From positions 1 through 60,153 of the forward strand of contig CANROW010000003.1 in assembly GCA_947632345.1 (NCBI GenBank): a stretch of DNA of 60,153 nucleotides, read 5' to 3'. Within the stretch, counting starts at the first letter, position 1. The number at the start of each line of letters is the position of its first letter. The notes beneath the pieces were generated by a model. That model did not search any database. It was not told the origin of the DNA and saw only the letters and a program-made list of their open reading frames with translations. Shown here piece after piece: positions 1-10,628 of the stretch. Both the position numbers and the translations under genes were made by a program. Origin of the DNA: an uncultured Bacilli bacterium. Lineage in GTDB: Bacteria; Bacillota_I; Bacilli_A; RF39; UBA660.

Positions 1-580
1 TGCCACAAATATGGGCATTATGGAATAGCGCAAAAGCTTCCATTTCCGTTCCTAAGCAATGCATTTCATAATCCAAATAATCAATTTCTGGTACTTCATG
101 ATAGAAAACATCAGTTGAATAGATGCGGCCAGGATGAACTTCAATATTCATTTCCTTAGCTGTCTCTCTGATTTTGGCATTGACTGTTTCATCGGATTTT
201 ATAATATTGTCTTCACAACCGTTTTGGACTTTGGCATAGCTACTATCAGAATAAGCTTCTTCAGCTAAAATGATATCAAACAATTTTAAATCTTGATTAT
301 AGGCTCCAATACTACCAATGCGAATGATCACATCGACATCATAAAATTTAAATAATTCATAGGAATAGATACCAATACTTGGCATTCCCATACCACTAGC
401 CATAACGGTAATCCTCTTTCCCTTATAGGTTCCGGTAAAGGCATACATATTTCGGACAGTATTAACTAATTTATAATCTGTCAAATAGTTTTTAGCGATG
501 TACTCGGCCCTTTTGGGATCACCTGGCATCAGTACAATCTTAGCAATATCATCTTTGTTCGCTTCATTATGTGGTGTCAT
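1..580 (-). CDS. deoD: Purine nucleoside phosphorylase, 5' part (runs off window start)
   Basis: Hand translation from the ATG at 578-580 after a GGAGG RBS gives MTPHNEANKDDIAKIVLMPGDPKRAEYIA...GMGMPSIGIYSYEL...IRIGSIG, which are DeoD signature segments. Not in the ORF track. Confidence 0.93.
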   Translation of the reverse strand, partial: MTPHNEANKDDIAKIVLMPGDPKRAEYIAKNYLTDYKLVNTVRNMYAFTGTYKGKRITVMASGMGMPSIGIYSYELFKFYDVDVIIRIGSIGAYNQDLKLFDIILAEEAYSDSSYAKVQNGCEDNIIKSDETVNAKIRETAKEMNIEVHPGRIYSTDVFYHEVPEIDYLDYEMHCLGTEMEAFALFHNAHICG

Positions 581-641
581 AAAATCCTCCTCATTTCTAA
601 TATTTATACAAAAAGAAGATGTCATTATCTTCTTTCATTAA

Positions 642-1640
642 TTATTTTGTTGATTCTTCAACAGCAACAGCGATGGCAACAGTTGCGCCAACCATCGGAT
701 TATTTCCCATACCGATTAAGCCCATCATCTCAACGTGAGCAGGAACTGAAGAAGATCCAGCGAATTGAGCGTCGCTATGCATTCTTCCCATTGTATCCGT
801 CATACCATATGAAGCTGGACCGGCAGCCATATTATCTGGGTGTAATGTTCTTCCCGTTCCACCACCAGAGGCAACTGAGAAATACTTTTTACCAATCTCG
901 TTACACTCTTTTTTATAAGTTCCAGCAACCGGATGTTGAAAACGAGTTGGATTCGTTGAATTACCAGTAATTGATACATCAACACCTTCAAGATGCATAA
1001 TAGCTACACCTTCACGAACATCGTTTGCACCATAACATCTTACTTTACTGCGTTCTCCATCAGAATATTTTATCTCTTCAACAACATTTACTTTTCCGGT
1101 GAAGAAATCAAAATCCGTCTTAACATAAGTAAATCCATTAATACGCGATATTACTTGAGCAGCATCTTTACCAAGACCATTTAAGATTACCTTTAATGGT
1201 TCTTTACGAACTTTGTTAGCACTCTTAGCTATACCTATAGCTCCTTCAGCAGCCGCAAAAGATTCATGACCTGCTAAAAAGGCAAAACATTTCGTCTCTT
1301 CAGATAAAAGCATTGAAGCAAGATTACCATGACCTAATCCGACTTTACGATCATCAGCTACACTTCCAGGAATGCAAAAAGCTTGTAGTCCCTCACCAAT
1401 AGCTTTAGCGGCTTCACTAGCTTTAGTACGCCCTGATTTAATAGCAATGGCAGCACCTAAAGTATAAGCCCAACAAGCATTTTCAAAGCAGATTGGTTGA
1501 ACACTCTTAACGATTTCATAAGGATCAAATCCTCTTTCCTTACAAATGTTTCTTGCGTCTTCAAAATCTTTTATTCCATATTTTTCCATTACGGGTTTAA
1601 TTTGTTCTATTCTTCTTTCATAACTTTCAAATAATGCCAT
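642..1640 (-). CDS. GGGtGRT family protein
   Basis: Contains ASGGGTGRTLHPDN and the MALFESYERR N-terminus typical of the family. Confidence 0.92.
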   Translation of the reverse strand: MALFESYERRIEQIKPVMEKYGIKDFEDARNICKERGFDPYEIVKSVQPICFENACWAYTLGAAIAIKSGRTKASEAAKAIGEGLQAFCIPGSVADDRKVGLGHGNLASMLLSEETKCFAFLAGHESFAAAEGAIGIAKSANKVRKEPLKVILNGLGKDAAQVISRINGFTYVKTDFDFFTGKVNVVEEIKYSDGERSKVRCYGANDVREGVAIMHLEGVDVSITGNSTNPTRFQHPVAGTYKKECNEIGKKYFSVASGGGTGRTLHPDNMAAGPASYGMTDTMGRMHSDAQFAGSSSVPAHVEMMGLIGMGNNPMVGATVAIAVAVEESTK

Positions 1641-1649
1641 AATATCCTC

Positions 1650-2342
1650 CTACTCACATCTTGGGTCAATTTTCTTAACCGCTTCATCAAAACGACCATA
1701 TGTTCCACTAGCTTTTTCAATAGCTTCCATAGGATCCATTTTCTTCTTGATATTTTCCATCATTTTACCTAAGTTAACATATTTATATCCAATGATTTGA
1801 TCATCTTTATCAAGACCAATTTCCACAATATATCCTTCAGCAAGTTCCAAATATCTTGGTCCTTTTTTCAAAGTTGAATAGATAGTTCCAACTTGACTAC
1901 GTGTTCCTTTTCCTAAATCTTCAAGTCCAGCACCAATTGCTAATCCCCCTTCAGAGAAAGCTGATTGGCTTCGACCATAGACAATTTGTAAGAATAATTC
2001 ACGCATTGCTGTATTGATGGCATCACACACCAAGTCAGTATTTAAGGCTTCAAGAATGGTTTTACCTACTAGTATTTCACCAGCCATAGCAGCACTGTGC
2101 GTCATTCCACTGCAGCCAATCGTCTCAACCAATGCTTCTTGAATAATTCCTTCCTTTATATTTAAAGTTAGTTTGCAAGCTCCTTGTTGAGGTGCACACC
2201 AACCGATACCATGAGTTAATCCTGAGATATCCTTAATCTCTTTAGCTTTGACCCATTTACCTTCTTCAGGTATTGGTGCTGGTCCGTGATCAACACCCTT
2301 AGCTACTGGGCACATTTCTTCTACTTCTTTTGTATAAATCAT
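1650..2342 (-). CDS. NifU/IscU-like Fe-S scaffold-fold protein, partner of the GGGtGRT protein
   Basis: GWCAPQQGACKLTL and ETIGCSGMTHS motifs; lies directly upstream of the GGGtGRT gene. Confidence 0.8.
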   Translation of the reverse strand: MIYTKEVEEMCPVAKGVDHGPAPIPEEGKWVKAKEIKDISGLTHGIGWCAPQQGACKLTLNIKEGIIQEALVETIGCSGMTHSAAMAGEILVGKTILEALNTDLVCDAINTAMRELFLQIVYGRSQSAFSEGGLAIGAGLEDLGKGTRSQVGTIYSTLKKGPRYLELAEGYIVEIGLDKDDQIIGYKYVNLGKMMENIKKKMDPMEAIEKASGTYGRFDEAVKKIDPRCE

Positions 2343-2515
2343 ATTTTACCTCCTATGTTTACAAATAAATTATATCATAAATACTTTTTAAAAATACATA
2401 ATCAATTAGTATTTATTGTGGAAATATTGATTTAACTATTACCAATCACTATATCTTTCTACTAATTTTGTAATTTCTGTTATTTTTTATAATTATTACA
2501 CTAATAATTAAGCAT

Positions 2516-2540
2516 AAAAAAACGACTAATTTGTCGTTTT
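2516..2540 (-). terminator. Intrinsic terminator after galE
   Basis: AAAACGAC-loop-GTCGTTTT hairpin with a U-tract on the minus strand. Confidence 0.7.
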
Positions 2541-2548
2541 AAATTCTT

Positions 2549-3550
2549 TTATTGACGATGTTTTCTCACAAAATTAAAGCTATCGCGGCACATCTCCTCA
2601 ATGCCCTTTTCAGCTACCCAACCAAGTTTTTCTTTGGCATAACTTGGATCAGCATAACAAGCCGCAACATCACCAGGGCGACGATCCACAATTTTATATG
2701 GTACATCAATATTATTTACTCTTTTAAATGTTTCAACAATATCAAGTACACTATAACCATGTCCTGTACCTAAATTATAAGCATCAACACCCGTTTCATT
2801 TAAAACTTTGGCGATGGCTTTGACATGAGCTTTGGCAAGATCAACAACGTGAATATAATCTCTTACTCCCGTACCATCTTTGGTATCATAATCATTACCA
2901 TAAACACTCAATATTTCTAATTCTTTAGTAGCAACTTTTACAATATATGGCATTAGATTATTAGGAATGTCATTAGGATTTTCCCCAATTAATCCAGATT
3001 CATGAGCACCAATAGGATTGAAATATCTTAGTAAGGCAATACTCCAGCTGTTATCAGAAACATATAAATCTCGCAAAATGCCCTCAATATATAATTTCGT
3101 TGAACCATACGGATTAGTGGTTGAAAGAGGAAAATCTTCTTTAATAGGTAAACTCTTAGGTGAACCATAAACCGTTGCACTAGAAGAGAAAACCATTTTT
3201 TTACATCCAAATTCATTCATAACTTCACATAAAGTCAAAGTTGAATCAAGGTTATTGCGATAGTACAACAAAGGTTTTCTAACACTTTCACCTACGGCTT
3301 TCAATCCCGCAAAATGAATTACGGCATCAATCTTATGCTCTTCAAAAATACGATGTACTAAATTGTGGTCACAGACATCTCCCTCATAAAAAATTACTTC
3401 TTTATTGGTAATCTCTTTAATATAATCAACAACTTCTCTTTTTGAGTTAGAAAGATTATCAATGACAACTACCTCATAACCATTTTCTAACAATTCAACA
3501 CAAGTATGACTACCAATATAACCAGTACCTCCAGTAACTAATATTTTCAT
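2549..3550 (-). CDS. galE: UDP-glucose 4-epimerase
   Basis: GGTGYIGSH, HFAGLKAVGES, YGSTK (YxxxK), LRYFNPIGAH. Confidence 0.97.
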   Translation of the reverse strand: MKILVTGGTGYIGSHTCVELLENGYEVVVIDNLSNSKREVVDYIKEITNKEVIFYEGDVCDHNLVHRIFEEHKIDAVIHFAGLKAVGESVRKPLLYYRNNLDSTLTLCEVMNEFGCKKMVFSSSATVYGSPKSLPIKEDFPLSTTNPYGSTKLYIEGILRDLYVSDNSWSIALLRYFNPIGAHESGLIGENPNDIPNNLMPYIVKVATKELEILSVYGNDYDTKDGTGVRDYIHVVDLAKAHVKAIAKVLNETGVDAYNLGTGHGYSVLDIVETFKRVNNIDVPYKIVDRRPGDVAACYADPSYAKEKLGWVAEKGIEEMCRDSFNFVRKHRQ

Positions 3551-3963
3551 AAATCCTCCTTTAATATATCATTAATTTTATTTATTATTTTTTTAAATAG
3601 AACGCGATTTTTAAATTCATTGACATAACCCTTTAGTCTAATTATTTCCATTGTCTTAATATTCGCATCACTATCATCAGTATATTCTTTTTCAACAATG
3701 TTTAAATCTTTTAATAAAAAACTTTCGATTTTCTCATAAATCATTCGATTTTCGAATTCATACATCTCATTGACAATTGCAAAACTATTATTCTTTTTAT
3801 TGAATCGCATTTCCCAAAGATATTTATACACTTTTAAATCCTCATCGATCAAAATACCCAATCCGGAAAACTCTTTTTCTTCATAAATATCAATAAATGC
3901 TTTATTTCGTTTACTATTTAGAAAATTAGCTATATCTTTTTCTTTATCAGTAATTTTTCTCAT
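3547..3963 (-). CDS. Hypothetical protein
   Basis: 138-aa ORF overlapping the galE start (ATGA coupling). Confidence 0.7.
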   Translation of the reverse strand: MRKITDKEKDIANFLNSKRNKAFIDIYEEKEFSGLGILIDEDLKVYKYLWEMRFNKKNNSFAIVNEMYEFENRMIYEKIESFLLKDLNIVEKEYTDDSDANIKTMEIIRLKGYVNEFKNRVLFKKIINKINDILKEDL

Positions 3964-3974
3964 AATTACACCAG

Positions 3975-5009
3975 CTAATTACTCTTCTTTTTTCTTCCTC
4001 TTTTTGGCTTTTCTTCTTTAGAATCATTTTCACGATCAGTAATTTCTTTAACAACATCTTCACGATTATAGTCATCAAAAACCGTATCAAGTGTCGCTAC
4101 CCCACTTCGATGAGAAATAGCAATATTTAAATGTTTAATAATGTAATATAGGAATCCACAAACAATACATAAAACAATGAAGATAACAAAATATTTTAGA
4201 CAAGCTACAGATAAATCATCTATCAAGATATTGAGAATCTTAACGGAAACATTACCACTGAAATCAATATTCTTCGCTACGATATAAAGAATAAAATAGA
4301 TAATAGATGTCACAATAAAAGGCGCAATGGTATAAGCAAAAATAGATATGACATTGAAATTGATTAAAGCAATTAATAATAAAGAACCAATCATTACACC
4401 AATCGCTAACATTTGATAATTATTGTTGTAAATTATCTCTAAAATATCAAAGACATAAGTGCTTTCTTTTACATCAATTAAGGCATCATCTATAGCCTTA
4501 TAGACATCATCCAAATCTTTTTCACTGATGTACTGATTTTTAGAAAAATCAATTGTACTGTTATGCTCAAGATACTCTTTTACCTGTTCTTCAATTTTTA
4601 AGTCAAGGCCTAAATCCTTCAACCAAGAACTGATAGCTCCTGTGTATTCAATAACTTTCGCATCAATATAATCTTCTACGCCTACTGCCAAACGTTCATT
4701 CAAAACTTTTAGATCGATAGTTGGTTTATCTTTTGTAATGGTAGCTTCATATAAAAATCTATCCGTGGCATAATTATAAAAGATATCATCTAGTTTGACA
4801 TAATTTAATAAATCACTTGGTATCTTCATACTGCTAGTAATGCTTTTATCATTGATTATTTCTTCATATATTTCACTTTCTTCTAAAGTCTTATAAATTT
4901 GATCGCGACTCAACAAGTTTTTGACCAAAAAAGTAGCTGACAAAAATATTAGTGCTACAAAAAAGATAAAAGCTAATAGATGCGATATAAAACTCTTTAT
5001 TACTTCCAT
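3975..5009 (-). CDS. Hypothetical membrane protein
   Basis: One N-terminal TM, a soluble loop, three C-terminal TMs and a charged tail. Confidence 0.75.
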   Translation of the reverse strand: MEVIKSFISHLLAFIFFVALIFLSATFLVKNLLSRDQIYKTLEESEIYEEIINDKSITSSMKIPSDLLNYVKLDDIFYNYATDRFLYEATITKDKPTIDLKVLNERLAVGVEDYIDAKVIEYTGAISSWLKDLGLDLKIEEQVKEYLEHNSTIDFSKNQYISEKDLDDVYKAIDDALIDVKESTYVFDILEIIYNNNYQMLAIGVMIGSLLLIALINFNVISIFAYTIAPFIVTSIIYFILYIVAKNIDFSGNVSVKILNILIDDLSVACLKYFVIFIVLCIVCGFLYYIIKHLNIAISHRSGVATLDTVFDDYNREDVVKEITDRENDSKEEKPKRGRKKKSN

Positions 5010-5010
5010 A

Positions 5011-6561
5011 TTAAATCTCCTTCTTTTTTAATTTTTTATTAAGCATTTTAATAGCTAAATTTTTAAAATACTTAAATTCATCCATATTTCTAAAAATGAC
5101 ATAATATATCGTATTTGGTATGACTAGCGATACGAGAATATTAACAATCATTTTAACAACCGGAATACCAATATTTATCATAGAACATATTTCATATGTG
5201 ATTATTGCTACTACTATAAATATTATAAAATATTTTATTATAGATTTAAAGTATTCTTCTTTTTTTCTTTCAAAAAGGGGAACAAAAACATATTTAGGAT
5301 AACTGTATAAATGAAGTAGTAAATTACTGACTACTGTTCCTAAGAAGATACCAGCTAATCCAAAGAATTTGAATAAAACCAATGAAGCTACAATATTAAC
5401 AATTGATTCCAAAATCGGAATGTAGCGATCTTCGTGAAAAATACCAGCGGCTTCTTTGAAAATACTCACATTATATCGCATGACCGTCAAATAATAATTG
5501 AGTACTAAAGCCATTAAAACAAAAGTTGATAACAGATATTTTTCACCATACCAACAGGAAATGAAACTTTCCATTACTACTAAAATACTAGTAGCGGTAT
5601 AGGCAGAAATCCAAAAGTTTAAAAATCTTATTCTTTTAAATACTTTATATGTTCTCGTCTTGCTCTCTAGCGTTAATAAATTACCGACACTCGCTGTAAA
5701 GGAAGTAAATCCTTGCCCAATCAAGGTTGTCAAAGCATAAATGACTAGATAATAATTATTATATAAACCGACTATCGATACCCCTAAAAGCATTGATATC
5801 ATGATGTTATCTGTTCCTAATACAAAGAAAGAACCGAGTTTATGAAAAAATAATCCTTTTATTTTCAAAATGATATCATCAATAGTTATTTTAGATAATT
5901 TTTTTACATTTTGATCACGCAAATAAGGGTATTTATGATCAGCAATTATACTAATTACTAAGTTTTCAAGAACGCGCATAATTATTTTAATGATGAGGAA
6001 TAAATAGAAATTAGATGTTAGAATTAATGTCCCAATCAATAAAGAATTCATAATGATCAAATATCCGAGATGAACGATTGATGTAAGATATATTTTTTGA
6101 TCAGCATATAAGAGACTTCGTTTATAACTCAATAGATAAGAAGCAACCGTATCAATTAAAAACAATAGAAAGAACAATATTAATTCTAATTGGGATAACG
6201 TCGTCTTTCCTACGATAATGTTTAAAAATGGTATGACGAATAAACCAACTACAAAAATTATTAGAGCAATCCACCGATAAGTATTGCGATAAAAACGCAT
6301 TAACGACTTAATTTGACTCTTATCATTTTTAGCTACTGGCTCATATAAATTATAAATTATGGCACTACCAATACCTAAATCCACAATTGCTAACATACTA
6401 ACTATATTAGTATATAAACTGTTTATTCCCAAGAATTCCGCACCAAGGGTATCCAAGAAAACCTTTTGAACAACAAAACCGATAATAATCGTCAAGGCAT
6501 TAGATATCAATGAAAAAATCATATTTTTAATCGAATTATATGTTCTCATAAATATCTTCAC
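5011..6561 (-). CDS. Polysaccharide/teichoic acid flippase (Wzx/MOP superfamily)
   Basis: About 12-14 hydrophobic segments; DLGIGSAIIYNLY.P and GTDN motifs typical of Wzx-like exporters. Confidence 0.85.
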   Translation of the reverse strand: MKIFMRTYNSIKNMIFSLISNALTIIIGFVVQKVFLDTLGAEFLGINSLYTNIVSMLAIVDLGIGSAIIYNLYEPVAKNDKSQIKSLMRFYRNTYRWIALIIFVVGLFVIPFLNIIVGKTTLSQLELILFFLLFLIDTVASYLLSYKRSLLYADQKIYLTSIVHLGYLIIMNSLLIGTLILTSNFYLFLIIKIIMRVLENLVISIIADHKYPYLRDQNVKKLSKITIDDIILKIKGLFFHKLGSFFVLGTDNIMISMLLGVSIVGLYNNYYLVIYALTTLIGQGFTSFTASVGNLLTLESKTRTYKVFKRIRFLNFWISAYTATSILVVMESFISCWYGEKYLLSTFVLMALVLNYYLTVMRYNVSIFKEAAGIFHEDRYIPILESIVNIVASLVLFKFFGLAGIFLGTVVSNLLLHLYSYPKYVFVPLFERKKEEYFKSIIKYFIIFIVVAIITYEICSMINIGIPVVKMIVNILVSLVIPNTIYYVIFRNMDEFKYFKNLAIKMLNKKLKKKEI

Positions 6562-6655
6562 CTACCTTTTTTCATTATAACACAAATTTCTATGTAATAA
6601 TATAATAATATAAACATAAACTCAAAGCTTAAAAAAGATTAGCTTGGCTAATCTT

Positions 6656-7270
6656 CTATACATCATTTTCTTGTTCTAATTTTTTTATTTCTTGAAAACT
6701 GGCAGCACTCTTATCAAATTCTTCTTTGATTTTGTCTTTATTATTAGCTGTCGTCCACATCACAATCTGTCCAAAATAATTATCAGTTTCAATGGCATAC
6801 GCTCGCATATAAACTTTAACTTCGGTTGGCGTTGTATAATATATCTCACCATATTCCGCATCATGATTATCAATAGATACTTTTATAGTTGAATTTATTT
6901 CTGTTTCGTATAGTTTTTCTTTTTGTTCAAAAGCGGCTTTTTTGTAACTAGCGAAATCACCATTATAACTATCTTTACCAGTCATAACTACTAATATATA
7001 GGCATTTTTTGATTCATCATTCAATTCAATAATTCCTTTTTCATTTAGGCTGTATTTCTCTACTTCGACATAGTTTTTCACAGCCTCAATTGAAAACAAA
7101 CCATCATAGCTGATATGCTTTTCATATGTAATAGGTTCTGTTTCATTTTCTTCTAATTCATCTTTACTCTCATTATGTTTAACGATATTAAAGATGATCA
7201 AAAAAATAATCAATGCAATGCTAATTCCAATTGCAATACCTTTTATAATTCGTTCTTTTTTATTTGTCAT
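6656..7270 (-). CDS. Membrane-anchored hypothetical protein (possibly PsbP/DcrB-like fold)
   Basis: N-terminal TM followed by a beta-rich extracellular domain ending FDKSAASF. Confidence 0.6.
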   Translation of the reverse strand: MTNKKERIIKGIAIGISIALIIFLIIFNIVKHNESKDELEENETEPITYEKHISYDGLFSIEAVKNYVEVEKYSLNEKGIIELNDESKNAYILVVMTGKDSYNGDFASYKKAAFEQKEKLYETEINSTIKVSIDNHDAEYGEIYYTTPTEVKVYMRAYAIETDNYFGQIVMWTTANNKDKIKEEFDKSAASFQEIKKLEQENDV

Positions 7271-7285
7271 AAAATCCTCTTTTCA

Positions 7286-8182
7286 TCAACTGTTTTTTAT
7301 TTTTTCTATTATACCATAAACCATTGAAATTCTAGTAGGGATTATATATTTAGCACCCATTACTCGCGCAATAGCCGTCACACAAATACGCATTCCCCTT
7401 GTTGTACCACTCCACCACTCCCGTGATGAGAAATTTTCATTTTGAATTTCTAGTAAAGATTTATGATAGAAAAAATCATCATCACAGTTTAGCATCGTCA
7501 AATAATCAATATACCAAGGCTGTTTTCTATCAAAATAAAATTTATTAGGACTTAATGGATATTTTAAAGTCTCATAGAATCGTAAATAATCGCCACCAGC
7601 AAGGACTAGAATATCCGCTTTATTCTCTGGAACCATGGTTATATCTAAAGTATCATTGACCATATCTTCATATGGCGTTGTGGCGATATCTTCATTTATA
7701 TCGGGGAATCGATCACAAATATCCCTGGCTCCAAAATTATTATTGGCCATTTCAATGATCTGTTTATTTTCGATAATGGCAACTTCTGTTGAGCCACCAC
7801 CACCTATCATTACCGCCATTCTTCCCTCATAATTAATATCGGCAAGTACGCCATAAACAGTCAATTCATTTTCCATTTCAGGAGTTACTATTACAAATTC
7901 AATCCCTGTATTATTTTTGAATTCCTTTAAAAAATTTCCTCGTTCAAGATCAGTTAAATTTCGAAAAATACTCGTTCCAAACACATGAATAGGACAATTA
8001 TATTTTTTTAGTTCTAAAATATGGTTATAGAGTTTTTCTAAATCACTCTCAACAATTCTTTTATTCAAACGATAATTATTTTTAAATTCAATCGTTATAA
8101 TTCCTAAATCAATTAATTTATCTTGATAAAGATATGTCTTAGTATTAGTTGATCCAACCTCAACGATAATAAACTTATCCAT
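7286..8182 (-). CDS. Ppx/GppA-like ASKHA phosphatase family protein
   Basis: IIVEVGSTNTK, GTSIFR, ENELTVYG and IGGGGSTE match Ppx/GppA motifs; start placed at MDKFII (8182). Confidence 0.7.
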   Translation of the reverse strand: MDKFIIVEVGSTNTKTYLYQDKLIDLGIITIEFKNNYRLNKRIVESDLEKLYNHILELKKYNCPIHVFGTSIFRNLTDLERGNFLKEFKNNTGIEFVIVTPEMENELTVYGVLADINYEGRMAVMIGGGGSTEVAIIENKQIIEMANNNFGARDICDRFPDINEDIATTPYEDMVNDTLDITMVPENKADILVLAGGDYLRFYETLKYPLSPNKFYFDRKQPWYIDYLTMLNCDDDFFYHKSLLEIQNENFSSREWWSGTTRGMRICVTAIARVMGAKYIIPTRISMVYGIIEKIKNS

Positions 8183-8331
8183 TCTACCACTTCCAATATA
8201 ATTATAACACATAAATACACAAGCTTAAATTAAAACAGCAAATAGAAAGGAAATATTTTATTATTAAATTAAAAAAGTGCATTTTAAAAAAAAAATACAC
8301 CTTTGAGATTCAATTGCACCTAATTCACAAT

Positions 8332-8922
8332 TTAACCTTTAAAATTTGGATTTTCAATCAACCTACGACAGTATTTACATTTACCCGTTTTTTCTGACAC
8401 AATATTATCCCCGCCACAATAAGGACAACGAACATAACCAGTATGTTTAGCTTTTTCTCTTTTTTCACGCATCTCCATATCATTAGCTTTTAATATTTCC
8501 GCATTTCTATTTTCAGTTTTCGTTATGTAGTCTCTCGCTCCACTACTAACTTTATCACTTATCTTGTTGAATAACTTTTTCCACACAAAAGACAATATGA
8601 AAAAGATTACTCCAACAGTAATTAATAATTTACTAAACTTTATCAAATCTACATTATATAAATCAGAAGTTATTAAAGTATTGAAAAATGGAATTGAATC
8701 AATTTTTATTTTGGCTATACCTAATATACTTTTTAATATTTTAGGAACAAGAAGTAAAATTCCTATTGAAAAAAGAATTATGGAAGTTGAAGTTTTCTTC
8801 TTACTGCTGTATACAAAATATCTTAAAATTAATAAACAAACTCCTAAAAAAGGAATAAAATAAAGTATTATCAATATAATTGGAATACTAGCTAAAATTT
8901 TTATAAAACTATTTTCTTTCAT
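8332..8922 (-). CDS. Membrane protein with C-terminal zinc ribbon
   Basis: Three to four TMs, then CPYCGG...CKYC. Confidence 0.75.
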   Translation of the reverse strand: MKENSFIKILASIPIILIILYFIPFLGVCLLILRYFVYSSKKKTSTSIILFSIGILLLVPKILKSILGIAKIKIDSIPFFNTLITSDLYNVDLIKFSKLLITVGVIFFILSFVWKKLFNKISDKVSSGARDYITKTENRNAEILKANDMEMREKREKAKHTGYVRCPYCGGDNIVSEKTGKCKYCRRLIENPNFKG

Positions 8923-9116
8923 TTTATTTTCCTTTCAAAAGTAAGCCAAATCATATTCTAACAAAAGCGTTATTCTAATAGGCTGATTAGAATGAATTTG
9001 CTGCTGTAATAGAATTATCTTTATCACATACTATATATCATTTTTCTTTAAGGACATATTGTCATAAAAAACTATATAATATTTGAAGTTTCACCAGTTA
9101 ACAATTATGAGTTTTC

Positions 9117-10625
9117 TCATTTTGTATCTGTATTATCTTTAATCAAGTTAGCAACTGGATTGTCTTCTACTAACATATTTAGTAGCTTATTATCTAATTT
9201 TTGACCACTTATCGAAGTATTATTTGCTCCAATCATTACAGAATTCGTTAAGCCAGTTTCTGATCTAATAAAATTATCAACTTTTCTTAAATTAGACATA
9301 TTGGTTTTTGTTTCTGTTTCATATTTATGTCTAGCATTTGAATTGCGATAACGGGCAAAAATTACAAAGTAATAAATAAATCCTGCTAACAAAAATATCC
9401 AATTATAATCAAAATCTATAAACCACATAGCCAAAAATCCCAAAATTTCTACTAAACAAGAAATCCCTACTAATTTGGGAATATGAATTGGTACGCTTCC
9501 CATCGTTTCTTTAGTTCGCGCATTTACAGCAACGTAATGTAATACTTTTTTTTCACCATTTACCTGCAAATAACTGTATAGCCAAACAGGCAAATAGGCA
9601 GCTTTCCACTGTTGTCCTTTAACATCAAGTTGTTCATTATCCCAGGCAACACCACGGTCATATTCTTTGAGGGTATCATTTGCTGCAAATTTGGCGATAT
9701 CCCTAGACTGCGTATCAACTAACGATTTCAACTGATCAATATTTGTATCACGTCTTTCAGACGTAAATCCTTTTAAATAATTTGAGTCAAACTTAACACA
9801 ATTTTCTAAATCAAAAGGCATTATTGCATTTATTACATTGTTGGTTACATCAGATGAAGCATTATTCAATTTATCAGCACTGGATTCCACTGTTAATCCT
9901 TGAATAACTAAATCGAAGTCACGTTCAACATGATAAAGATCCGCGTCATAATATGTCTTCCTATGCTCGCCACTACCGCGATAGTATGTTCTCGTTAAAT
10001 GCTCTCCATTTCCGACGAGATTAACATGGGCATTTGCATCAACAATCATATAAGGCAAATATACACCCATTATATTCTCTGTCGTAAATTCTTGTCTAAA
10101 TTTAGGATGAGCAAAAAATTTCCTTTTTCCTACAAATTTTTCGATTTCTACTTTTGCCTCATCTTTAGATATACCAAAAGGCAATACAACATCAGGAATA
10201 CTTCCATTAGGAATTTGCTGATTTACTGATAAAAAGTTTCGACACCAGTGGCATCTAGCTTGGGTTGCTGAAGCTGTATCGATTACGACTTCAGCACCGC
10301 AACTACTGCATTTAAATGTTACAATGTCGTTAGTATCAGCTACTATATTAGTAGCACCTGCTCCCACTACTTGACCTTGCAATTGACTTAAATCGGCATC
10401 AGCAAGCATTCCTTCTACTTTTTCTGGTTCAAATTCATAACGACAATATCTACATCTCAGTTTACCAGTTTTTAAATTTAAAGATATATCAGTTGCTCCA
10501 CATTTTGGGCACTTATTTTGTCCATTTTCTGAACCAGTATTAACAATTGTGGTATCATTTGATAAATTGGTTTGATTTGCATTATTGGCTATAGAATTTG
10601 TATTGGCATCAAAACCATTTTCCAT
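9117..10625 (-). CDS. TFIIB-type double zinc-ribbon membrane protein
   Basis: CPKC/CRYC and CSSC/CHWC knuckles, YLPVW, AVNART and two C-terminal TMs; usual SPFH partner. Confidence 0.8.
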   Translation of the reverse strand: MENGFDANTNSIANNANQTNLSNDTTIVNTGSENGQNKCPKCGATDISLNLKTGKLRCRYCRYEFEPEKVEGMLADADLSQLQGQVVGAGATNIVADTNDIVTFKCSSCGAEVVIDTASATQARCHWCRNFLSVNQQIPNGSIPDVVLPFGISKDEAKVEIEKFVGKRKFFAHPKFRQEFTTENIMGVYLPYMIVDANAHVNLVGNGEHLTRTYYRGSGEHRKTYYDADLYHVERDFDLVIQGLTVESSADKLNNASSDVTNNVINAIMPFDLENCVKFDSNYLKGFTSERRDTNIDQLKSLVDTQSRDIAKFAANDTLKEYDRGVAWDNEQLDVKGQQWKAAYLPVWLYSYLQVNGEKKVLHYVAVNARTKETMGSVPIHIPKLVGISCLVEILGFLAMWFIDFDYNWIFLLAGFIYYFVIFARYRNSNARHKYETETKTNMSNLRKVDNFIRSETGLTNSVMIGANNTSISGQKLDNKLLNMLVEDNPVANLIKDNTDTK

Positions 10626-10628
10626 ATA

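Noticed and set aside
569-970. 133-aa plus-strand ORF and the many other short ORFs antisense to long genes
   Set aside because: They are shadows of well-supported opposite-strand genes, with no RBS or recognisable motifs
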